Below, one piece after another: positions 10,042-18,016 of a DNA stretch of 64,000 nt. The stretch is from a virus. Taxonomy: Duplodnaviria > Caudoviricetes. The notes beneath the pieces were generated by a model. It saw nothing but the letters and a program-made list of their open reading frames with translations, was not told where the DNA came from and made no database searches. The position numbers and the translations under genes are program-made. The DNA is taken from IMG/VR virus record IMGVR_UViG_3300021431_000076, positions 160,001 through 224,000 of that record; one strand, 5' to 3'. Numbering within the stretch: the first letter of the stretch is position 1; each line of letters opens with the position of its first letter.

Positions 10042-11406
10042 TTATTCATCTCCTCCACAATCCATATCACCCATATCATCACTCATACAGTCAGTTCCAA
10101 TTTCATCACAATCTTGACATTCGCAATCTTCTGGAGTGTCACAGTTCAACCATATTTGTTCTTGGTTTTTCTTCCAGTTATCAAAATATGCATCAGCTTC
10201 AGCTTGTGTGTGAGAAATATGTTCTATCAATTTTTCTGCAGTGGTTCCATTGCTAAAATATGCTAAATATCCTTTTTTAGACTCTTTTAAAAATGTTACA
10301 GTTTCTGTTTCTTCTCCATAATATGTAGTATAAGTTATATCTCTAGTATAATATGTTTCAGTATTTATTGGAGTTAGATTAACAATACTATTTGCTGTAC
10401 CTGTAACTGATATTTTTCCATCTGCAGATATAGATATTCCAGATCCTATTTTTACTCCACCTAATGTTGTAGAGCTTGCTATTGGAAGATTATATTGAGA
10501 GCTAGTTGGTATTTCTGTTTTCTTAGCATAAGTTGATTCTGCATGAGATTTAGTTTCATATGGATCAAGATTAGGTAGTTCTGTTTTCTTAGCATAAGTT
10601 GATTCTGCATGAGATTTAGTTTCATATGAAGACAAATCAACAGTATCAGTTTTCTTAGCATAAGTAGCATCAGCATATGAATGTAATTCATATAAAGAAA
10701 AGTCTGGTAACTGAGTTTTTTTGGCATATGTAGAATCAGCATATGAATGTAATTCATATGGAGCAAGATTAGGTAGATTAGGCAATTCTGTTTTTTTAGC
10801 ATATGTAGAATCAGCATATGAATGTAATTCATATGGAGTAAGATTAGGCAACTGAGTCTTTTTAGCATATGTATTATCAGCATATGAATGTAATTCATAT
10901 GGAGCAAGATTAGGTAGTTCTGTTTTTTTAGCATAAGTTGATTCTGCGTGTGTTATTTTTTCATATGGATCAAGATTAGGTAGATCTGTTTTCTTAGCAT
11001 AAGTTAATTCTACATGAGATTTAGTTTCATATGGAGTAAGATCAGGTAGTTCTGTTTTCTTAGCATAAGTTGAATTTGCATATGAGTGTAATTCATATGG
11101 ATTAAGATCAGGTAGTTCTGTTTTTTTAGCATATATAACATCAGCATATGAATGTAATTCATATGGAGTAAGATTAGGCAACTGAGTCTTTTTAGCATAT
11201 GTATTATCAGCATATGAATGTAATTCATATGGAGCAAGATTAGGTAGTTCTGTTTTCTTAGCATAAATATCTAAATCTGTTTTAAGGGCAAATAAACTAA
11301 AATCTGGCAATTTAGTTATAGCATCTAACCCTCTGAGAATTAACTCTTGAAGTGATGGTGCTAATTCATCCCATACAACACGATCTTCATAATGAAAATT
11401 TCCCAT
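10042..11406 (-). CDS. Tail-fibre-like repeat protein with Cys/Asp-rich C-terminal tail; putative substrate of the adjacent radical SAM enzyme
   Basis: N-terminal FHYEDRVVWDELAPSLQ is shared with the ORFs at 22588 and 27990. ~12 x 22-aa repeats. Fibre motif LPIASSTTLGGVKIGSG. All six Cys lie in the last 33 aa. AGGAGG RBS. Confidence 0.7.
   Translation of the reverse strand: MGNFHYEDRVVWDELAPSLQELILRGLDAITKLPDFSLFALKTDLDIYAKKTELPNLAPYELHSYADNTYAKKTQLPNLTPYELHSYADVIYAKKTELPDLNPYELHSYANSTYAKKTELPDLTPYETKSHVELTYAKKTDLPNLDPYEKITHAESTYAKKTELPNLAPYELHSYADNTYAKKTQLPNLTPYELHSYADSTYAKKTELPNLPNLAPYELHSYADSTYAKKTQLPDFSLYELHSYADATYAKKTDTVDLSSYETKSHAESTYAKKTELPNLDPYETKSHAESTYAKKTEIPTSSQYNLPIASSTTLGGVKIGSGISISADGKISVTGTANSIVNLTPINTETYYTRDITYTTYYGEETETVTFLKESKKGYLAYFSNGTTAEKLIEHISHTQAEADAYFDNWKKNQEQIWLNCDTPEDCECQDCDEIGTDCMSDDMGDMDCGGDE
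10510..11270 (-). repeat. ~12 copies of a 66-bp (22-aa) coding repeat YAKKTELP(N/D)LxPYE(L/T)xS(Y/H)A(D/E)xT
   Basis: Visible in both DNA and translation. Confidence 0.9.
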
Positions 11407-11433
11407 TAATGTATATCCTCCTTCTTAGAAATT

Positions 11434-11484
11434 CTTACCCAAATGTCTCGATAATCCTTTAACATACAAGGCACATCTATATAA
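11434..11484. promoter_or_regulatory. Divergent pair of late-type phage promoters: GACA-TTTGGG-TA on minus (fibre/rSAM unit) and CACA-TCTATA-TA on plus (phoH)
   Basis: Both match the AC(A/T)-N6-TA motif that recurs upstream of many transcription units in this window. Confidence 0.6.
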
Positions 11485-11520
11485 AGGTATAAGTCTCTTC
11501 TATTATTTTTAAAAAGGGAT

Positions 11521-12234
11521 GTGTTTTATATGAGTAATACGAATACCTCCGGTGTTGATTTCATCAGCAAAGAAATTGAGAATCTGAAAAAGAAATTAGA
11601 TGGAACACAATTGAAGCTATACAACTCTATGATTGATAATTTGGTCACTTGTTGTAATGCTAAAGCAGGCACTGGAAAAACTACCGTAGCTACCATGGCA
11701 GCATTTGATTTGCTGCAAAAAGGAATCGTTACAAAAATTTATTACGTTCGTTTTCCAGATCAACTTATGCAGTCTCTTGGCGCGCTCCCTGGCGACATAG
11801 ACGAAAAAGAAGACTATTATTTCCAACCATTCTATCAAGCATGTGAAGAAATTGGCTTGGATAGATATCATTTAGAACGAGACTATGTACCTCAGAATAC
11901 TGTTAATCTTGAAACTATAATTACTATGCGTGGTATTAATATTAAAGAAGCAGCTGTTATCGTAGACGAAACACAGAATGCTTCTTTTAAAGATCTTAAA
12001 CTGTTGCTTACTAGATTACATGATGATTGTCATGTTGCTTTAATTGGTCATACTGCACAGATTGATAATGATAACTGTGTAAAAGAGAAAGCATTCATTC
12101 ATTATATGGAACATTTCTGCAAAAAACAATGGGCACAGAGAGTAGATCTAAAAAAGAATTATAGAGGAAAGATTAGTGCATATGCAGATGCACTATACTT
12201 AGATAATAATGATAAACCATTCGTTGTAGAATAA
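11521..12234 (+). CDS. phoH: PhoH family ATPase
   Basis: Walker A AGTGKT, LGALPGDIDEK, MRG, IVDETQN, LLTRL, GHTAQID: all PhoH motifs. Confidence 0.9.
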   Translation: MFYMSNTNTSGVDFISKEIENLKKKLDGTQLKLYNSMIDNLVTCCNAKAGTGKTTVATMAAFDLLQKGIVTKIYYVRFPDQLMQSLGALPGDIDEKEDYYFQPFYQACEEIGLDRYHLERDYVPQNTVNLETIITMRGINIKEAAVIVDETQNASFKDLKLLLTRLHDDCHVALIGHTAQIDNDNCVKEKAFIHYMEHFCKKQWAQRVDLKKNYRGKISAYADALYLDNNDKPFVVE

Positions 12235-12237
12235 AAA

Positions 12238-12266
12238 ATGAGGAGTCCTATTGCAGGACTCCTCAT
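12238..12266. terminator. Bidirectional terminator
   Basis: atgaggagtcct...aggactcctcat hairpin between convergent genes. Confidence 0.75.
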
Positions 12267-12269
12267 ATA

Positions 12270-12479
12270 TTACTTGATTTCATCAAGCGGCAAAGCAGTT
12301 TCCATCTGCTTTGCCATCAATTTCAAAACATCCCTTGAGATGTTGTCGTTATTGATATTATCTACTAATACCTTTATGCACTTCAGGTAAGCCTGAGAGC
12401 AATTTGCTGATGCTTCCTGTGCATCAGACAAAAGCTCAAGTTCTTTCTCCTTGTTTGCTATAAACTCGCTCCACTTCAT
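12270..12479 (-). CDS. Small hypothetical early protein (~69 aa)
   Basis: GAAAGGAG RBS before the ATG at 12479; early-type promoter TATATTAT upstream on minus. Confidence 0.6.
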   Translation of the reverse strand: MKWSEFIANKEKELELLSDAQEASANCSQAYLKCIKVLVDNINNDNISRDVLKLMAKQMETALPLDEIK

Positions 12480-12548
12480 GATAAGACACTCTCCTTTCAA
12501 TTATACATGTCTATGCCTAATCTCTGACATAGATCTATCTTATCGCTG

Positions 12549-12607
12549 CTATAATATACAATTATAATTATCTAAATTTTCAAATAGTTATATACTATAT
12601 ACATGAG
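12549..12607. promoter_or_regulatory. Divergent early-type phage promoters (TATATTAT on minus, TATACTAT-N5-TGA on plus)
   Basis: Match the recurrent TATAYYAT-N5-YGA motif, which resembles the phiKZ early consensus TATATTAC. Confidence 0.6.
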
Positions 12608-12668
12608 TTAGCATTAGGAAACATACAATTCTATTCTAAACTCGATTTATTTAAAGGAGGACTATTAT

Positions 12669-12962
12669 ATGAAACTGACTGAAGAATTGCTGGAAACCAT
12701 TGGAGAAAAGGTGGAAGACGATTTGGAATTGTACTATGAGCAAGATAATTTCGAGCTCAATAGTTCTATCTCTCCAAGAATTGCTAAATATGAAGACGGC
12801 ACTTTCACCATTAATATTGGTATTGATTGGACCGATACTGATACCGGTGAAAAACATGAGGAAATTTATCAAATGCAAGACTTTACAGAAGATGATATTC
12901 CTGATCTTAAAGAAAAGATGGTAGAAACCATCTTGGATAATATCCGTGGTGAATTTGACTAA
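12669..12962 (+). CDS. Small highly acidic protein (97 aa), possible DNA mimic
   Basis: AAGGAGG RBS. About 29 D/E versus 8 K/R by hand count. Has its own early promoter and terminator. Confidence 0.7.
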   Translation: MKLTEELLETIGEKVEDDLELYYEQDNFELNSSISPRIAKYEDGTFTINIGIDWTDTDTGEKHEEIYQMQDFTEDDIPDLKEKMVETILDNIRGEFD

Positions 12963-12983
12963 TAAGGAGTAATCCTTAACTTG

Positions 12984-13019
12984 ATAGAATACTACCGTTA
13001 TGGTAGTATTCTATTTTTT
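12984..13019 (+). terminator. Intrinsic terminator
   Basis: atagaatactacc-gttat-ggtagtattctat followed by a T run. Confidence 0.8.
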
Positions 13020-13069
13020 GTCAAACTTTTATATAAGATTCTTTTTCAATTATAAGGAGGGTACACATT

Positions 13070-13366
13070 ATGATCACGAAAAGCACCTACATTATCATTT
13101 ATGACAACTATGATTCTGTTAAAAAGGAGTATAGGGAAAAAGATCGTATCTTTGCTGCTACAGCTTTTAGTACCTGGGATCTTGTTAAAGCTGCTATGAC
13201 TAAGATTTCTAATCTATATGATAGTGAGCAAATCTTTGAGTTTGATTTTGATGATGAAAATGAGTTGTTTACTCTTAAAGTGCATGTATTATATGGATAT
13301 GATCTGTATTTTAGAGTAAGCAAGCTTGTTTATGAAGAAGATATAGAAGGCTTACAAGTACAATGA
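13070..13366 (+). CDS. Hypothetical protein (98 aa)
   Basis: AAGGAGG RBS; AACT-TTTATA-TA promoter motif at 13024-13035. Confidence 0.65.
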   Translation: MITKSTYIIIYDNYDSVKKEYREKDRIFAATAFSTWDLVKAAMTKISNLYDSEQIFEFDFDDENELFTLKVHVLYGYDLYFRVSKLVYEEDIEGLQVQ

Positions 13367-13581
13367 AAAAAGAAAAAGATGCTATATCGAAATCAAGTGA
13401 TATAATAAGAATGGACAAAATGACTAAACTAGTTAATGAAATAAACATTGTGTTACGACCTTATACTTTATATGATGAAGGTGGAGCATGGGATAGAGAA
13501 TTAACTGGGAAAACTTTAGAAGAGTCTGAAAGAGAAGCTAAAATAGATTTATATTACTATCGTAAATACGGAAAAAGATAA
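13363..13581 (+). CDS. Hypothetical protein (72 aa)
   Basis: ATGA overlap with the upstream gene; followed by a terminator. Confidence 0.55.
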   Translation: MKKEKDAISKSSDIIRMDKMTKLVNEINIVLRPYTLYDEGGAWDRELTGKTLEESEREAKIDLYYYRKYGKR

Positions 13582-13586
13582 TTTAT

Positions 13587-13626
13587 TATCCCTAGTCCTT
13601 AATTGGACTAGGGATTTTTATTTTTT
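13587..13626 (+). terminator. Intrinsic terminator
   Basis: atccctagtcc-ttaatt-ggactagggat followed by a T run. Confidence 0.8.
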
Positions 13627-13669
13627 CCGACATCAAGTAACCAAATACTTATTAAGGAGGTTTACTGTT

Positions 13670-14275
13670 ATGCGAGAAGTAGATTTGACTGAATTGATGG
13701 ATAATGCATATGCTTCTAAGTGGAACTTAGAACAAAAAGCAGCTGCTAATGGGAGAGATGTAAAGATATATTTACATTGGACTGCATGTCCTTATGGAAG
13801 ATATTATGGTAGTTATCATGTTAATATTGATGATGATGGTACTATAATTTTAACTGCTGACTTAGATGAAACATTATCTCATACATATATGAGAAACTCT
13901 GGTTCTATTGGATTGACTCTATGTTGTTGTTATGGTGCTACTACAGATGATCCTGGTCCTTATCCACCAACACAAGAACAGATTGAAACTATGGCTAAAT
14001 GTATTGCTGTATTAAGCGAAGCATTAGATATTCCTATAGATAAACAACATGTGCTCACTCATGGTGAAGTTGCTGATTGCGAAGATGGCTCACCAGAATA
14101 TTTTGATGGATTATATGGTCCTAAGAATGGAGCCACACGCTGGGATTTAGAGGTGCTTTGGGACGAGAATGATGAATCCCCTGTATTTGATCCCTATGAT
14201 GAAGAACATCGTGGGGGAACTATACTAAGAGGAAAAGGCAATTACTATAAATATCAATTCTATGGTCATTACTAA
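13670..14275 (+). CDS. N-acetylmuramoyl-L-alanine amidase (Amidase_2 family), probable endolysin
   Basis: IYLHWTA, YHVNIDDDG, HTYMRNSGSIG, VLTHGE Zn-amidase motifs; AAGGAGG RBS. Confidence 0.85.
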   Translation: MREVDLTELMDNAYASKWNLEQKAAANGRDVKIYLHWTACPYGRYYGSYHVNIDDDGTIILTADLDETLSHTYMRNSGSIGLTLCCCYGATTDDPGPYPPTQEQIETMAKCIAVLSEALDIPIDKQHVLTHGEVADCEDGSPEYFDGLYGPKNGATRWDLEVLWDENDESPVFDPYDEEHRGGTILRGKGNYYKYQFYGHY

Positions 14276-14281
14276 AAAATA

Positions 14282-14309
14282 ATAGGGAAGCTCATATGAG
14301 CTTCCCTAT
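14282..14309. terminator. Bidirectional terminator
   Basis: atagggaagctc-atat-gagcttccctat; near-identical to the hairpin at ~29965. Confidence 0.8.
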
Positions 14310-14325
14310 ATATTATTCTTTTAGT

Positions 14326-14667
14326 TTATATTTCATCTATCTTTTTATCATACATTTTCACTTCATCTTCTAACCATTCTTGGTCTATCTTAACTGTAAC
14401 TTGATCATCAGACACACAAGCAAAGTTTTTCATATTATCCCAAAGATCTATTAATAATCCTTCACCATATCCATTTTTAATTTGTACTTGGAAGCTAGCA
14501 AATTTTTCATCTAGCGGATTCTTAAATACAAATATCACATAATTTTTATTATATGTATTACCAGTATCAGGATCAAATACAGGTTCTCTATGAGTATGGA
14601 TATTTACTAAATCCATAACAGCTATAGTTATACCAACTTTGTCTTTTTTCATTACTTCAAATTTCAT
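14326..14667 (-). CDS. Hypothetical protein (113 aa)
   Basis: ORF track; GAAGGAG RBS; last gene of a minus-strand small-gene cluster. Confidence 0.6.
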   Translation of the reverse strand: MKFEVMKKDKVGITIAVMDLVNIHTHREPVFDPDTGNTYNKNYVIFVFKNPLDEKFASFQVQIKNGYGEGLLIDLWDNMKNFACVSDDQVTVKIDQEWLEDEVKMYDKKIDEI

Positions 14668-15008
14668 TTTTTCATTACTCCTTCATATACATCCTTTACT
14701 AATTCTTCTAAATCACTTTTAGAGATATCATACATTTTAAATATTCCTTCATGTAATTTTTTAAGCAAACTTTCTGTTTGATTTTGATCAAGCTCTTCAT
14801 TAATAATATCATATATATAAATGCTATGAACCTCTTTCTCATTGACAACAGAAACAAATCTAAACACAACATTTTTCTTTGGTGAATTATTATTTGCTGG
14901 AATCAATCCTATCTCTTCAAGATCAACTCTACCTATATAAATATTATCACCTGAAAAGAAACCACCATTATAGATTAATCTAAATTCTTCATTGTGCTTA
15001 TCTGACAT
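14664..15008 (-). CDS. Hypothetical protein (~114 aa; likely start MSDKH)
   Basis: GGAGGAG RBS before the ATG at 15008; overlaps its neighbours. Confidence 0.6.
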   Translation of the reverse strand: MSDKHNEEFRLIYNGGFFSGDNIYIGRVDLEEIGLIPANNNSPKKNVVFRFVSVVNEKEVHSIYIYDIINEELDQNQTESLLKKLHEGIFKMYDISKSDLEELVKDVYEGVMKK

Positions 15009-15546
15009 TTTGCTTCTCCTCCGTATTATTGACATAATTATTTAAATTGAAACCAAGGGTATGAACTACATTTCTTATACTAGTTTTAAACTCATCCATC
15101 CATTCATCAGCAGTTTTTACATACTTATCATCCACCATATCATTAAATTCAAAATAGAATAAGTCTATTATGAATCCAGAAGTGTGTTTGATATGACCAT
15201 TACTGTAGTTTAGCTCTAAACATATATTACCATCTCCAACATATGTCATTCTAAACTCCAAACAGTCTTCATTGTACATTTTTCTATAAATATTACCAAG
15301 CTTTTTTACATAGCCATATCCAAACTCATCTATGCAAGCATTAATAGTTTCATATGTTTGACTATTGATCATATCATGAAGAACCTCTTTAGCATCATAT
15401 ATATCCTGTGTTTTAGTAAGTCTCATGTAAAGATTATCTACTGCTTGCTCATCTACACCTTTAGCATAGTTGAATAACACATCGATTTTTTGTATTTTTA
15501 GTCCTTCCATTGCAAATCCCCCATTTTCTATTTCTAAAGTTCCCAT
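14998..15546 (-). CDS. Hypothetical protein (up to 182 aa)
   Basis: ORF track; phage-like composition. Confidence 0.6.
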   Translation of the reverse strand: MGTLEIENGGFAMEGLKIQKIDVLFNYAKGVDEQAVDNLYMRLTKTQDIYDAKEVLHDMINSQTYETINACIDEFGYGYVKKLGNIYRKMYNEDCLEFRMTYVGDGNICLELNYSNGHIKHTSGFIIDLFYFEFNDMVDDKYVKTADEWMDEFKTSIRNVVHTLGFNLNNYVNNTEEKQNVR

Positions 15547-15627
15547 GCAAGCCTAAACCTGACATCAATATTTCTTAAAAACCTCCACAGGGCAGTTGCC
15601 CTGTGGGAGTACACACACCATATCGTT

Positions 15628-15972
15628 TTAACCATCATATTCAACATATCTTAGATATTTCACTAAAGTTCTACCATAATTCTTCTTTTCTGTTATATGG
15701 AATATTAAATCTCCATTATCACAAAATGTTACTTGGATATGGTATTTTGGAAATACTATTCTCATTACAGCGAATGGATCATCTTCTTTTGCAACCAAGT
15801 CCAGTATTGTTTTACAATCCTCCAATGTAAATCCTTCTGGATAATCAAATAAGTATTTAAAATTAAGCATTTCATCACTCCTTATAGGTCTTTTATGATG
15901 TGCTTCTTCTTCGTTATGTTTATTAATATTAAATAACTCATAATCAAATAAAGAATATTTAACACGTCCCAT
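15628..15972 (-). CDS. Hypothetical protein (114 aa)
   Basis: AAGGAG RBS in the upstream gene end; hairpin ctccacagggca/tgccctgtgggag downstream at ~15583-15609. Confidence 0.6.
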   Translation of the reverse strand: MGRVKYSLFDYELFNINKHNEEEAHHKRPIRSDEMLNFKYLFDYPEGFTLEDCKTILDLVAKEDDPFAVMRIVFPKYHIQVTFCDNGDLIFHITEKKNYGRTLVKYLRYVEYDG

Positions 15973-15975
15973 TTA

Positions 15976-16539
15976 TTACTCCTTCTTTAACCACTGAGGA
16001 TATGGACTAAATACTTTTATAGTTTCATATTCCTCTAACTTAGTCTCCTTAGTGTTAGAATAAATAGGATCTCCATTCTCATTTGTTCCAACTATTTCAG
16101 GAGATTTAATAGTTCCACCTGGTATTGTTCTTTTGATAAAAGACACATCACTCTTTTCTCTTCCTCCTAGAGACATCTTTCTTCCAGTATGCATATAAGA
16201 ATTGATAAACTCTTTAGAGAATGATATCATTGCTTTAGCATCATTAGTACTAAATTCATAATTATCCATTATTCTCTTAGATTCATTTGGTTGAACTCCA
16301 GTAGTATTAGTAATTATACCACCTATCATTTTTCTAATTTCTTTAGATGGATTATATACCCCTATACATCCACTCTTATCATAAACAGAAACTTCATATG
16401 AGGGATCATTCAATATTCCCTTCATTACAGCAACTTCATCTTTTTGAGATCTAGTTTCATACTTTTTCCCTGTAGTAGATTCTATACGTTTCTTCTCTAT
16501 CTCTTTAATGATTTCTTTTACATCTTGCAACTTCTTCAC
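15976..16539 (-). CDS. Hypothetical protein (187 aa)
   Basis: ORF track; tightly packed within the operon. Confidence 0.65.
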   Translation of the reverse strand: MKKLQDVKEIIKEIEKKRIESTTGKKYETRSQKDEVAVMKGILNDPSYEVSVYDKSGCIGVYNPSKEIRKMIGGIITNTTGVQPNESKRIMDNYEFSTNDAKAMISFSKEFINSYMHTGRKMSLGGREKSDVSFIKRTIPGGTIKSPEIVGTNENGDPIYSNTKETKLEEYETIKVFSPYPQWLKKE

Positions 16540-16541
16540 CT

Positions 16542-16760
16542 CTAATCATCAAAGAAGTATCTATATACTAATACGAATGGTAATAAGATCAAACAAATTA
16601 TAAGGAATACAGAACCAAAACCAAGTATTAAAGCTACTAGAATAGCTCCTACTAAAACCATTGCTAATAGCTCTAAGAATAGTTTAAGACCAAAATATAA
16701 AATGGGACAAATCACAAAGATTAATAAGAGAAAGCCAGAAATGATAAGTATATCATCCAT
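16542..16760 (-). CDS. Small, very hydrophobic membrane protein (~72 aa)
   Basis: Almost entirely hydrophobic; likely start MDDIL at 16760 with an AGGTG RBS. Confidence 0.6.
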   Translation of the reverse strand: MDDILIISGFLLLIFVICPILYFGLKLFLELLAMVLVGAILVALILGFGSVFLIICLILLPFVLVYRYFFDD

Positions 16761-16917
16761 TCTTATCACCTGTCTTTCTCTTGTCATCTTTTGGTAGTCT
16801 TACAAAATACACTGGTGAGATTGGTTTCTTTTTGGCATTTTTAGACTCTAATATTTCTCTTATTTGATCTCGATCCATTCGACTTATTTCTTCTAAGAAT
16901 TTTGATTTACTCATCAT
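16753..16917 (-). CDS. Small hypothetical protein (54 aa, MMSKSKFLEEISRMDRDQ...), not in the ORF track
   Basis: Hand translation; GAGGGGG RBS; late-type AACA-ACATTA-TA motif at 16947-16958 on minus. Confidence 0.55.
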   Translation of the reverse strand: MMSKSKFLEEISRMDRDQIREILESKNAKKKPISPVYFVRLPKDDKRKTGDKNG

Positions 16918-16975
16918 AATTCCCCCTCATAAGCCCGAATCTGGATTATAATGTTGTTCCTCCCCTCATTATAAA

Positions 16976-17500
16976 TTACATACAGAGTTCTTGTTTGAAT
17001 AATTTTTCTTTGATTTTATCCCATAACCCTTTCTTAGTTCCATAAAGTTCAATTACTGTACTAGAATCATCATGCACCTTTACATATCCTTCAGATTCTT
17101 TATTTGCGCATTTTATTTCTGTAGAATCGTCATCAGTAATTTTGTCTGCATAATAAGCACAATAGATTTCATATTCTTTGAAATCATTGTATTTGCTCTT
17201 CAAAACTAATACTTGATCTTTCTCATTAAGAAGTTCATTATAATCGTGATATCTACTAAAAGAAGGATTATTAGGACAATAACTACATTTAGGAGTATTC
17301 TTATCAATAATTTCTGGATTATACCATCCATAAATTTTAAGAAAGAAAGTTTGCATACTAGCTATTTTAGGGCTTTCTGATGCTGCATCTGAATCTTGTA
17401 TTTTCATTAATTCTTTATACAACTGCCTCACTGTCCAATAACCAGTAAATTTAATTTTTCCTAACGGTTCCTGACCAATTCTTACCTTTACATTATTCAT
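16976..17500 (-). CDS. Hypothetical protein (174 aa)
   Basis: ORF track; AGGGAG RBS; contains a CxxC. Confidence 0.6.
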   Translation of the reverse strand: MNNVKVRIGQEPLGKIKFTGYWTVRQLYKELMKIQDSDAASESPKIASMQTFFLKIYGWYNPEIIDKNTPKCSYCPNNPSFSRYHDYNELLNEKDQVLVLKSKYNDFKEYEIYCAYYADKITDDDSTEIKCANKESEGYVKVHDDSSTVIELYGTKKGLWDKIKEKLFKQELCM

Positions 17501-17655
17501 TTTTTCTTCTCCCTTTCTCTTTTGACTTTCGTTCTCCTCATTTGACGAAGTCTTTTTAACTTAGCTTTATAAATACCACATGTTTTACAGCTATCTTTCA
17601 TTACAGTATTGCTGCATTTGACAAGTGGATTATGAGGACATTGTTCTGTTGGCAT
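17497..17655 (-). CDS. Small Cys-rich basic protein (52 aa), possible zinc-binding nucleic-acid binder; not in the ORF track
   Basis: Hand translation MPTEQCPHNPLVKCSNTVMKDSCKTCGIYKAKLKRLRQMRRTKVKREREKKK; AAGGTG RBS; ATGA overlap with the next gene. Confidence 0.55.
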   Translation of the reverse strand: MPTEQCPHNPLVKCSNTVMKDSCKTCGIYKAKLKRLRQMRRTKVKREREKKK

Positions 17656-17679
17656 TATACATCACCTTTTCTGTGTATC

Positions 17680-17950
17680 TCCTCTAACTCACCCTCAATA
17701 GAATAGTATATCTCTATTTTTTCTTTTACTTATAAAAAAATAGATAGGGTGGACAAATCCCTATCTATTTAAATAAAGTGGAAGTCTTTAGGGTAATATA
17801 AGAGAAAAATATTGGGAAGTATATTCCTCCCTCAAACTACCTCAATAGAATAGTATATAACTGAAATTTTAAACCCTCTTCAAAAATTTAATTTGTCTAT
17901 TCCTTCCTCAGACTCATACTCATAGGAATGGTATATAACTGAAAAATTTT
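17680..17950 (-). promoter_or_regulatory. Three tandem early-type promoter + RBS cassettes, with a terminator at ~17738-17771
   Basis: Minus strand reads TATACCAT-TCCTA-TGAG...GAGGAAGG, TATACTAT-TCTAT-TGAG...GAGGGAGG and TATACTAT-TCTAT-TGAG...GAGGAG. Confidence 0.6.
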
Positions 17951-17974
17951 TTACTTTACAAAAACTAGGTAGAT

Positions 17975-17986
17975 CACATTAGAATA
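17975..17986 (+). promoter_or_regulatory. Late-type promoter CACA-TTAGAA-TA upstream of the RNAP subunit gene
   Basis: Match to the AC(A/T)-N6-TA motif. Confidence 0.55.
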
Positions 17987-18016
17987 ATCAGGAACTATTT
18001 AAGGAGGAGAAACTAA

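Noticed and set aside
10479-11264. Alternative-frame ORFs 10479-10934 and 11010-11264
   Set aside because: Shadow frames of the 66-bp repeat with no RBS and implausible composition.
10510-11270. Regularly spaced repeats as a CRISPR array or DGR template (also 6030-6450, 22690-24100, 28070-28690, 43860-44200)
   Set aside because: All are in-frame coding repeats with periods divisible by three and no unique spacers. No cas or reverse transcriptase gene is in the window, and there is no adenine-specific variant pair.
13629-13640. Late promoter upstream of the amidase (GACA-TCAAG-TA)
   Set aside because: The spacer is 5 nt rather than 6; plausible but not counted as a consensus match.
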